The notes below the pieces were generated by a model. The model did no database searches, was not told the origin of the DNA, and was given only the letters and a program-made list of their open reading frames with translations. Shown here piece by piece: positions 1 to 7,726 of a stretch of DNA of 22,426 bases (position 1 is the stretch's first letter; every line of letters starts with the position of its first letter). This DNA comes from Terriglobia bacterium (lineage in GTDB: Bacteria; Acidobacteriota; Terriglobia; UBA7540): contig JAIQGA010000056.1 of NCBI GenBank assembly GCA_020072925.1, forward strand, positions 1 through 22,426, given 5' to 3'. Made by a program: the position numbers and the translations under genes.

Positions 1-370
1 TGCGCCGAGGGCGACATGCAGGAAGGCATCGCGACCGCTGGACGATTGCGTCTTGATGCTTTTCGAAAACAGACACCTCGCGAGGACTGGGCTAAGGTCG
101 CCTGGGAACACAACCCCTCAAAATACGTGGCGAAACAATTTCAATCTCCAAAAAGGTGTTGGCTGTTACGCTCCGCCCCAGGACTTGAGCAGTCGTGCCT
201 TCCTCAATCAACCGCGGACTCAATGTAGATATCTCGAACCGGCCGAACCAGGCCAGCTAGCTCGCGCGACCTGCCGATTGTCGAGCACTGCAGCGAGGTA
301 CAGAAACGAACAGCACCGCAAATGGCTGAGGATTGATCCGACCGAAGGCGGGTACGCAGTCGTCGACCTG

Positions 371-1126
371 ATGAACATCGCGAATTTTGCTCCGTATGTG
401 GCTCCCGGCGGAATGAGGATACCCGTCGTCCCTTTAGTTGTGGCACTCTACCACGACTTTAACTCTGGCTTTAGCCTCGCCAATCGTGCAGAGGTTGACA
501 TCCCGGATTTTGGGTCAGACTTCAACTTCTCGCCTGAAGAGCTGGCCCAGTATATCGATGATGAGCCGACAAATCCGCATAACCAGACCTTAGCAGAATT
601 CGGCCAGGGTATTACCTGGACCCGCACGGCAGCCTTACGGCGAACTATACTTCGGCGAGCAGCGGCCATCCGAGGTCGTGCGCGGACGCTCGAGGGTGGC
701 CGTCGTGCTCCCTTGCTGACAGGCACCCCCGCGACACCGCCTGGAGTCAATACGGGTTGGGAGGCGGAACAGTTCGTTGCGCAAGCTATGCGGTCCGCCG
801 GATGGACTGTCTTCGACGTTTCCAGGCAAAGGCTCGGTTACGACTTGATCGCACAAAAAGGACGGGCGACAAAATACGTCGACGCCAAGAGCTCGCTAGG
901 GGTATGCAGCCCGACGCTCACTTCACGCGAATGGCAACAAGCAACGGCGCATGGCGACAACTATGTGCTCGCAGTTCTCGAAAACTTTAACCCTACCGGG
1001 GAGAATATGATCTTGTGGGTGCCAAACCCTGCGACGAACTGCCTTGCTCACGAGTCCACAACAGTTCAGCATTCCATTTCCCGCAGGTCTTGGCTGCTTG
1101 CGCTCGTCCCGTTGGATGACGTCTAG
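371..1126 (+). CDS. DUF3883-domain protein. The true start is uncertain: the ORF is open from 53, but the N-terminal 100 aa are not protein-like.
   Basis: The C-terminal ~120 aa (GWEAEQFVAQAMRSAGWTVFDV..GYDLIAQKG..KYVDAKSS..LTSREWQQA..GDNYVLAVLEN) match the DUF3883 restriction-endonuclease-like signature. ATG at 371 is the first in-frame ATG before protein-like sequence. A frame-1 ORF running from the window edge to 228 suggests a frame change. Confidence 0.5.
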   Translation: MNIANFAPYVAPGGMRIPVVPLVVALYHDFNSGFSLANRAEVDIPDFGSDFNFSPEELAQYIDDEPTNPHNQTLAEFGQGITWTRTAALRRTILRRAAAIRGRARTLEGGRRAPLLTGTPATPPGVNTGWEAEQFVAQAMRSAGWTVFDVSRQRLGYDLIAQKGRATKYVDAKSSLGVCSPTLTSREWQQATAHGDNYVLAVLENFNPTGENMILWVPNPATNCLAHESTTVQHSISRRSWLLALVPLDDV

Positions 1127-1180
1127 CAGGCCGCGACATGGGCCGGTTGGCGCAGAGCGAAGCTCGGTGCAGGAGCGATA

Positions 1181-1292
1181 GTGAACAGCGAATGGTGAAT
1201 TGAGCGACCTTCGCAAAGATTTTGTTCATCCTTCATAATTCATCCTTCATGCCTCATCCTTCATAATTCAATCTTCACCATTCACATTTCGC
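1181..1292. repeat. Palindromic intergenic element: 10-bp perfect inverted repeat GAATGGTGAA (1190-1199) / TTCACCATTC (1274-1283) flanking three 14-nt tandem units CATCCTTCATnnnn (1227, 1241, 1255).
   Basis: Read directly from the sequence. It lies between the convergent genes 371..1126 (+) and 1298..1948 (-). Confidence 0.8.
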
Positions 1293-1297
1293 CCGGC

Positions 1298-1948
1298 CTA
1301 TGCCAGGGCTTTCGTCGGGCGCACACTGGCGGAAAGCTTCTGCCATTCAATCAGGAACGACGGGAGGAAGCAGGCGACGGCGATCACGCTCCAGACGGTG
1401 GTCTCAACTCCCAGCACGCCCATGCGGGCGACGGCGGGAATGGCGAGAATGGCGCGCACCACGACAAAAACCGCGGCGAACGGATAGCTGCGCGTCATCC
1501 ACTCGCGGTGCTGCTGGATTCTTCCGCTGCGCACGCAGTAGAGCGCCGTGGCCGTGGTCAGCACCCACGCCGAGGCTTGAATCACCGTAGACATCAGGAG
1601 CGTGGGGATGGGCAGCTTGATGGAGACGAGGAGGGCCAGGGGGGCCGATACCGCCACGCTTCCCACGTAGATTCGTCCCATCAGGCGATGGACCCGCAAA
1701 TGGCGCTGGCGTAAGCGGCTGGAAAATTGGAAGACCCCCAGGAATAGCGCCACGGCGCCTGGGAAACCGTGCAGCATCACCAGCCACGAGACGGGCGCGT
1801 ACCGCTGGCGCAGGAACGAATGAGGATCGAGCAGCAGACGGTCGCGGGTAAACCAAACTACAACCATCAACAAGCAGTACACGAGAAACATCACATGCTT
1901 GGCCTGAATGAAACGGCGACAGGAAACTGCCCAGGCTGCGGTCGCCAT
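1298..1948 (-). CDS. DUF2306-family integral membrane protein
   Basis: 216-aa ORF with multiple hydrophobic helices and the motif HRLMGRIYV typical of DUF2306. SD-like AGGGAGG is 6 nt upstream of ATG 1948. Confidence 0.6.
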   Translation of the reverse strand: MATAAWAVSCRRFIQAKHVMFLVYCLLMVVVWFTRDRLLLDPHSFLRQRYAPVSWLVMLHGFPGAVALFLGVFQFSSRLRQRHLRVHRLMGRIYVGSVAVSAPLALLVSIKLPIPTLLMSTVIQASAWVLTTATALYCVRSGRIQQHREWMTRSYPFAAVFVVVRAILAIPAVARMGVLGVETTVWSVIAVACFLPSFLIEWQKLSASVRPTKALA

Positions 1949-2002
1949 ACGTGCCTCCCTTGTCGGTTGTAGCGCTGAGAGTCCCTAATGACGCTGGGAC
2001 AA

Positions 2003-2031
2003 AATGTAGCACATTTCCCTCAGCCAAACAA
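2003..2031 (-). promoter_or_regulatory. Candidate sigma70-like promoter for the DUF2306 gene (minus strand reads TTGTTT-N17-TACATT).
   Basis: Hexamers read on the reverse complement with 17-nt spacing, ~50 nt upstream of ATG 1948. This is inference only. Confidence 0.3.
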
Positions 2032-2379
2032 TGGAAGGCTTTGAAATATAGACAATATGCCTCTGCTGCGGATTCCCAGGCTTGAGGGTTCGCTTGGAGC
2101 GCAGCAAAGTGCGAGAGTGTGGCATTATGCCACATGGGTAGGCTCGCTCTTTGCCCGCCGCTTCTGGCCGAGTCGAGGATGGGAATTGTGGAAAGGAGTC
2201 TGGTGTTCGAGTATAAAACGCTGATGGTAAATCACTTATTTCACGGATGGCTCGTTTGGCTGGGAGTGACTATTTGTCTGTTTACGGAAATTAGCCGCTG
2301 GCGCGTTCGGAGACGGTGACGGATGGCACGGCCCGCACGTGCCGCTTCGAGTCCAATGGCTCGCCACGCTCGGGGCCAG

Positions 2380-3501
2380 CTATTGGCTGAGGACGCGCTC
2401 GTAGAGCTTCTCGTAAAGCTGGATGATAGAGCCGCTGCAGAACTGGCTGAGCGCGCGCTGGCGCGCGGCGCGTCCCATCTCCTCGCGGCGCTCGGGATTC
2501 GTAAGGATCTCCAGAGTGCGCGCGGCCATCGTCTGCACATCGTGCGGCTGCACCAGAAATCCGTCCACGCCGTCGCGGACCACTTCCGGCAATCCGCCTA
2601 CGCGCGAACACACCGGCGGCACCGCGCACGCCATCGCTTCCAGCGCCACCAGCCCGAAGGATTCGATCTCGCTCGGCAGCAGCAACACGTCCGCGCAGTT
2701 GAGCAGATCTTGCACCTGGCTCTGCTTTCCCAGGAAGAGCACGTCCTGCGTCAACTTGCGCTCGCGCACCATCCACTCGCCAATGGTGCGGTCCGGGCCG
2801 TCACCGATCATCAGCAGCTTGGCGGGGATTTCTTTCCGCACCAGCGTGAAGACATCGATCACATCGGGAATGCGCTTCACGGGGCGGAAATTGGAGAGGT
2901 GAACCAGAACCTTCTCCTCCGGCTTAGCGAAGTCGTCGCGACGGCACGCGCCATCCGCGGGGCGAAACACGTCGCAGTTGACGAAGTTGGGAATCACCTC
3001 CACGGGCCGCTGCACTTCGAGCTGCTCCGCGGTGATCCGCTTGAGGTATTCGGAAATGGCCGTGACGGCGTCGCTCTCTTCGATGGAGAACCGCGTGATG
3101 GGAAGATACGAGCGGTCCATGCCCACCAGCGTGATGTCCGTGCCGTGCAGCGTGGTCACGAAAGGCAGCCGGTGCGGTCGCAGCATGGCGCGCGCCAGAT
3201 AGGCGCTTACGGAGTGCGGAATGGCGTAGTGCACGTGCAGCAAATCCAGCGACTCGTTCCTGGCGACGTTGCACATCTGCGTGGCCAACGCCAGCGTGTA
3301 AGGCGGGTGGTCGAAGAGCGGATAATTCACCATCTCGACTTCGTGGAAGTGAATGCGCTCGGAAGCCTCGGTGATGCGCACGGGCATCGCGTAGCTGATG
3401 AAGTGCACATCGTGACCGCGTGCCGCCAATTCCAGGCCTAGCTCCGTGGCCACCACGCCGCTCCCGCCGTAGGTGGGATAACACGTAATGCCAATGCGCA
3501 T
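2380..3501 (-). CDS. bshA: N-acetyl-alpha-D-glucosaminyl L-malate synthase (bacillithiol biosynthesis GT4 glycosyltransferase BshA)
   Basis: The N-terminus [24 protein letters not shown].VHFI is near-identical in pattern to Bacillus BshA ([22 protein letters not shown]). Conserved [17 protein letters not shown], HxSNFRxVKR, GDGP and ESFGLVxLEAMAC blocks run along the full length. Confidence 0.85.
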   Translation of the reverse strand: [373 protein letters not shown]

Positions 3502-3542
3502 GGGATTAAGGATGATGCTCCGCGCTGAATCGTTACGGATGG

Positions 3543-3953
3543 TTAAGAGTGAGGAGTCGCTTTCTTGGCGGCGACCTTTTCAGCCGCTAACACTACGATC
3601 TGCTTCACGCTCCGCCGGTCGCCTTTTTGGGAGTAGTAAATCAGCACGTTGGTTCCCGGCTTCAGGTCCTCCAGTTTCCTCTTATCCCCCTCGGCGTTTT
3701 CGACCTTCATGCCTTTCTTGATGGGAAAAATCTCCGTCACTCCGCCCTGCACGGTGTTGACATTCAGGATGCTGCGCTTCATGTCGAGTGATTGCACAAT
3801 CCCGCTGAAGGCCTGATTGGTGGAGCCGCCCGAGATCTTGTCCAATCCCGGAACGTGACGCTTGCGCTCCTGGCCTTGGGCTTTCCCCAGATTTGCGCCA
3901 CACAGGCAGAACACCAGGGCCACTAACATCACGCAGACCAAGCGCGTAAGCAT
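3543..3953 (-). CDS. Small secreted/periplasmic protein of unknown function. The ORF is open to 4091, but the likely start is the Met before the signal peptide.
   Basis: Hydrophobic signal-peptide-like segment MLTRLVCVMLVALVFCLCGANLG followed by a soluble ~110-aa domain. The 46-aa upstream extension is charged/low-complexity. Confidence 0.5.
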   Translation of the reverse strand: MLTRLVCVMLVALVFCLCGANLGKAQGQERKRHVPGLDKISGGSTNQAFSGIVQSLDMKRSILNVNTVQGGVTEIFPIKKGMKVENAEGDKRKLEDLKPGTNVLIYYSQKGDRRSVKQIVVLAAEKVAAKKATPHS

Positions 3954-4199
3954 TCGCTCGGTTCGCGGCTCATCGCGGAGGTCATGACGACTTGAGGGTA
4001 CGGGGCTAACCGCGTCCTCGTCCTCGTAGCGCCAATTGCTCGCCAACTCGGACCGCACTCTCCTGTGGCCGGTATCCATGTGCAAGCTCATCCTAGGTCA
4101 GCCATTGGAGGCTGTCAAGTCAGGTGAGATAAGGCGATAACCCCAGAGGCCGCAACTTTGCCGCTCCGGGGACAGGCCAGGGCGCGAGGTTAGAAAAAG

Positions 4200-4544
4200 C
4201 TAATCTTCCAAATCGGGCTCACGCAGAAGATTGCCATCGCCGCTGCCATTCTTCGAGTCCGCTTCTTTATATATGTAACGAATGCAGGATTTCATGATGA
4301 GGAGGTTGGGCTCGTGGGCGCGGTGCACCTTGATGCAGTGCTTGTCGTACCACTCGATCACCCCGTGGATGATCTCACCTTGGTCGAGCACTACCACCAC
4401 AGGCGTGCGCGCTTGCATCTGCTTCAGGTAATAAAAATTTTCCGCGTTAGTCTGTTCCGGAGGTGTGGGCTTCTTCCGTTGCACGCGCGTGCCAAGTTGG
4501 TCCTGGACCTCAGACAGTGACGGACGGATAAGTCTTCGGTTCAT
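4200..4544 (-). CDS. Sm-like / Hfq-like RNA-binding protein with N- and C-terminal extensions
   Basis: The core FYYLKQMQARTPVVVVLDQGEIIHGVIEWYDKHCIKV..LLIMKSCIRYIY aligns with the Hfq Sm1/Sm2 pattern (PV.IYL.NG..L.G.IESFD.F.ILL...Q.VYKHAIS). A strong SD AAGGAG lies 9 nt upstream of ATG 4544. Confidence 0.5.
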   Translation of the reverse strand: MNRRLIRPSLSEVQDQLGTRVQRKKPTPPEQTNAENFYYLKQMQARTPVVVVLDQGEIIHGVIEWYDKHCIKVHRAHEPNLLIMKSCIRYIYKEADSKNGSGDGNLLREPDLED

Positions 4545-4918
4545 TGTCGTTTACTCCTTAGGCCCGCTCTTGCGGGCTGAACGATGGGAGTCTCGTGGCC
4601 CTTGAAACCGCGAGTGATGCCGCCACTTACGTAGATGATATGAGAGGCCTGCCGGTTTCCTAAAGGCCCGCACAAAATTCAGATTAAGGAAAACAGCCGC
4701 GAATAGATGAATGTTAACACAGCCTCCTGGAGTCCGCAACGGGTTTCTCCTGTCTCCAGCCCGCCCATACGAGGAGACGTTCGCGAACCGGCCTTACTGC
4801 TCGTCAATTCCTGGGTTACGGACGTTCCTGTACGAGAAGGCCTGTGGGTACGCCGTGGCAGTGTGATTGACGGGGATTTTTCGTTCCTCGAGCGGCGGTC
4901 GGACGCTCCCGGGTTCGG

Positions 4919-6019
4919 TCAACCGGTCTGGGTCAGAGTCGATTTTCTTCCCGTGACGACGTCAATACCGAGCTCTTCGAACCCAAGTTGTTGGTTGACG
5001 TTGCGGATCTGGAGGCGGTAGGCCCGGTCCAGCCCTGCTTTCAGGCATTCCAAGTCCTCCAGGCTTGAGCCGGCTGCCCAAGTTTTGAGGCGGGCAACAA
5101 GGTCGACATTCATGACTTCTTTGTCTCCGCCTGGTTCGCGAAGCTGGAGCACATCGCGGAGCAGCGAAAAGCCGATTCGCAGCGTGCGATCGAAATCCTC
5201 GCGATTCTCCGCCAGCGCCTTGGCGGCATCAAACAACGATGACCAAGGCGCCGGGTCGCGGCCCCCCGGCGCCACGCGAAGCACGCTCTCAAGAAAATCC
5301 AGCCAGGGTTGCCGGCGGCGCTGGTAATCGGCCAGGTCAAAGGCCTTCGCCTGCGCCACGCTCCCGGCGGCAACGCGCGCCGCCAGCGCCTGCTGGGGCT
5401 TCGTCAAGCGCTTGTCCTGGGCCAGCAGCGCCAGAATCGATCCCTCATCGACAGGCTGAAATGCCAGGCGGAAGCATCGCGAACGAATGGTGGGCCGCAA
5501 TTCGTAGGCATTGGGGCAAACCAGGATCAGTGTCGTGGTGTCGGGAGGTTCCTCGAGCACCTTGAGTAGCACGTCGATGGCCTGCCAATGGATGGCCTGC
5601 GCGTCGTCCACAATGAAGACCCGTCGGGGAAACTCGAAGGGGCAGGTGTAGGCGACGTTCCGAAGCTGGCGGATTTGCTCCGTCAGGATGTAGCTGGTGA
5701 TCGGCTCGATCAGTTGCAGATCGAAGTAGACCAGGCCTTCGACTCGTCGGGCCGCCTCTTTGATCTCGCGGCGGCGGGCGAGGTCCTCGCGCCCGAGGGC
5801 GATCATCTCTTCCGCCTTGCGGCACCGCCGGCACTCGCCGCAGAAATCGCCCTGATTCTTCTCGCACACCAGTCCTTTCGCCAGCATCATCGCCAGCGTC
5901 TTCTTTCCTACGCCGTCCGGGCCTGCAAAAAGCATGGCGCCGGGAATCCGCCCGCTTCTCAGGATTTTGCGGACCGTCGCCACTGCGCTCGCATTGCCGA
6001 TAAAAGAATCGAAGCCCAT
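4919..6019 (-). CDS. holB: DNA polymerase III delta' subunit (clamp-loader AAA+ protein)
   Basis: Walker-A-like GPDGVGKKT, zinc module CxxGxCxxCRxCRK, the SRC motif (TIRSRCFRL), and ~365 aa length. It lies immediately downstream of tmk, as in many bacteria. The ORF extends to 6106, but only through the heptamer repeat array; start chosen at MGFDSF (6019). Confidence 0.85.
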   Translation of the reverse strand: MGFDSFIGNASAVATVRKILRSGRIPGAMLFAGPDGVGKKTLAMMLAKGLVCEKNQGDFCGECRRCRKAEEMIALGREDLARRREIKEAARRVEGLVYFDLQLIEPITSYILTEQIRQLRNVAYTCPFEFPRRVFIVDDAQAIHWQAIDVLLKVLEEPPDTTTLILVCPNAYELRPTIRSRCFRLAFQPVDEGSILALLAQDKRLTKPQQALAARVAAGSVAQAKAFDLADYQRRRQPWLDFLESVLRVAPGGRDPAPWSSLFDAAKALAENREDFDRTLRIGFSLLRDVLQLREPGGDKEVMNVDLVARLKTWAAGSSLEDLECLKAGLDRAYRLQIRNVNQQLGFEELGIDVVTGRKSTLTQTG

Positions 6020-6027
6020 AACCAGCT

Positions 6028-6192
6028 GAATCGGGAGTCGGGAGTCGGGAGTCGGGAGTCGGGAGTCGGGAGTCGGAAGTGGGAAGCGGGAAGTAAGTGA
6101 AGACAAAGCCCGGCCATCCCGGGGCGAATCGGTTGGCGGTTCTTGCCTACCTACTACCTACTTGTTGCCCCCCGACTTCCTACTTCCGATTC
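6028..6192. repeat. Heptamer tandem array (GGGAGTC x6 at 6033-6074, then degenerate GGGAAGn copies) forming an imperfect inverted repeat with 6147-6192 (CCGACTTCCTACTTCCGATTC).
   Basis: Direct reading of the sequence. The reverse complement of the right arm, GAATCGGAAGTAGGAAGTCGG, matches the left arm GAATCGGGAGTCGGGAGTCGG at 18 of 21 positions. It sits between tmk and holB. Confidence 0.85.
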
Positions 6193-6834
6193 TCTTTCCA
6201 AGAAGTCGTCCACCAGCCTCCGAATTTCCGCCTGGACCTCCGCGATGGGCCGGTCCGCGCGTACCACCTTGACGCGGCTTGGTTCCTGCCGCGCGATGGC
6301 CAGATACCCGGCGCGAACGCGTGCGTGGAATTGTCGACCCTGCGCTTCAAAGCGCCCGCGCCGGGAGTTTCGGCGGGTCTCGCGACCCTGCGCTCTCGCC
6401 AGGGCTATCCGCGGGTCCAGGTCGAGCACGATGGTCAAGTCAGGCTGAGTATCTCCACAAACAATCTGGTCGAACGCCCGCACCGTCTCTACCCCCAGCT
6501 TCCGCCCGTAGCCTTGGTAGGCGAGTGATGCATCATTATACCGGTCGCTGACCACCGTTTCGCCACGGCCGAGGGAGGGCCGGACCACTTCTTCAAGATG
6601 CTGCGCGCGCGCCGCGTAGATTAGCGCCAGCTCCGCCATAGGCGCCAATCGCTTAGTTGACAAATCCAGCAGGATTCCGCGAATGCGCTCTCCGACGCGA
6701 GTCCCGCCGGGCTCGCGCGTGGCTCGCAAGCGGTGGCCGAGTTTGCGCAGGTATTGGACCAGCAGGCGATGCTGCGTGCTCTTGCCTGTTCCGTCGATGC
6801 CCTCGAGCGTGATGAAAAGGCCGGGCTGTTTCAA
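6154..6834 (-). CDS. tmk: Thymidylate kinase
   Basis: N-terminal FITLEGIDGTGKST P-loop, DRY motif region (VVSDRY), and 226 aa length. The ORF opens at TTG 6834; no in-frame ATG upstream. The last ~12 codons lie in the repeat arm. Confidence 0.9.
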   Translation of the reverse strand: MKQPGLFITLEGIDGTGKSTQHRLLVQYLRKLGHRLRATREPGGTRVGERIRGILLDLSTKRLAPMAELALIYAARAQHLEEVVRPSLGRGETVVSDRYNDASLAYQGYGRKLGVETVRAFDQIVCGDTQPDLTIVLDLDPRIALARAQGRETRRNSRRGRFEAQGRQFHARVRAGYLAIARQEPSRVKVVRADRPIAEVQAEIRRLVDDFLERESEVGSRGATSR

Positions 6835-6842
6835 ATGGTTAT

Positions 6843-6941
6843 CCGTTGTCCGTGGTTCGTTGTCAGTTGTTTCCCGACATCCCTCACGTGGCCCAAGTGG
6901 TTCCTCCGCGCAACGAACAACTGGCGACGGACTACGGACGG
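6843..6941. repeat. Imperfect palindromic element built of heptamer units (CCGTTGT CCGTGGT TCGTTGT CAGTTGT ... AACAACTG GCGACGG ACTACGG ACGG).
   Basis: 8-bp perfect CAGTTGTT/AACAACTG core plus degenerate flanking arms. Its left arm begins 9 nt beyond the tmk TTG start codon (6834), in the divergent tmk/yggS intergenic region. Confidence 0.6.
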
Positions 6942-7032
6942 TCGAGGAATCCTAGCATTGCACAGCGCGAAATAACAAGGCGCCAGCAATCATGCCAACG
7001 AATGGTAGAATGTCCCGACCCGCGGAAATGCT

Positions 7033-7725
7033 ATGGTCAACATCCCGGAGAACGTCGCGCGCGTGCAGGAACGAATCGCCGTGGCGTGCCGCCGCAGCGG
7101 GCGGCGCGTGGAGGACGTGAGGCTGGTCGCCATTTCGAAGACTATGCCTTGTGAAGCCATTCGCGCGGGCTACGAGGCGGGACTGCGCGAATTCGGCGAG
7201 AACCGCGTTCAGGAAGCCAAGGCCAAGCGGCCCGCCCTGTCCGATCTGACAGCCACCTGGCACCTCGTCGGTCATCTCCAGACCAACAAGGCCAAGCCGG
7301 CGCGGGAATTGTTCCATTGGGTTCATTCCGTGGATTCACTGCGGCTGGCGGAGAAGCTTGCGCAGGCCGCGCCATGCAGTTCGGATCGCTTGCCGGTACT
7401 CCTGGAGGTCAACCTGGGCGAGGAGACCACCAAATCGGGTGTCCGCACTGAAGAGATTGCGGCGCTTGCCGAACGGGTCGCGCAGTTTGAAACCTTGGAA
7501 CTGCGCGGCCTGATGGTGATTCCGCCCTTCTTCGAAGACCCTGAGAAAGGCCGCCCGTACTTTCGGCAGCTGCGTGAGTTGGCGAAGGAAATTGAATCGC
7601 GCAAGTTGCCTAACGTTTCCATGCGGGAACTCTCCATGGGCATGAGCCACGATTTCGAGGTGGCCATCGAAGAAGGGGCCACGATCGTCCGCGTGGGGAC
7701 GGCAATCTTTGGGCCGAGGCAATAA
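7033..7725 (+). CDS. yggS: YggS-family pyridoxal-phosphate homeostasis protein (COG0325/PLPHP)
   Basis: 230 aa; ISKT lysine region (VRLVAISKTMP), HLVGHLQTNKAK, the ELRGLM block and C-terminal RVGTAIFG are hallmarks of the family. Confidence 0.9.
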   Translation: MVNIPENVARVQERIAVACRRSGRRVEDVRLVAISKTMPCEAIRAGYEAGLREFGENRVQEAKAKRPALSDLTATWHLVGHLQTNKAKPARELFHWVHSVDSLRLAEKLAQAAPCSSDRLPVLLEVNLGEETTKSGVRTEEIAALAERVAQFETLELRGLMVIPPFFEDPEKGRPYFRQLRELAKEIESRKLPNVSMRELSMGMSHDFEVAIEEGATIVRVGTAIFGPRQ

Positions 7726-7726
7726 A

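Noticed and set aside
2121-2150. Sigma-54-type promoter suggested by TGGCA in the palindrome.
   Set aside because: It lacks the downstream TTGC(-12) element at the correct spacing. Better interpreted as a symmetric protein-binding site.
2323-3441. 372-aa plus-strand ORF antisense to bshA (similarly 13493..14392 minus vs flotillin, 15466..16239 minus vs MgtC, 17751..18599 and 18633..19622 plus vs GH78, 5445..5867 and 5588..6100 vs holB).
   Set aside because: Arg/Ala/His-rich, low-complexity translations typical of antisense frames in high-GC DNA. Each is fully nested in a strongly supported gene on the other strand.
6028-6100. Possible CRISPR array suggested by the regular short repeats.
   Set aside because: The units are 7 nt with no unique spacers between them. 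No cas genes or leader. These are simple tandem repeats.
6020-6106. N-terminal extension of the holB ORF (MSSLTSRFPLPTPDSRLPTPDSRLPIQLV).
   Set aside because: It is encoded entirely by the GGGAGTC heptamer array. The conserved HolB sequence begins at MGFDSF (6019). It is most likely an untranslated repeat, not protein.
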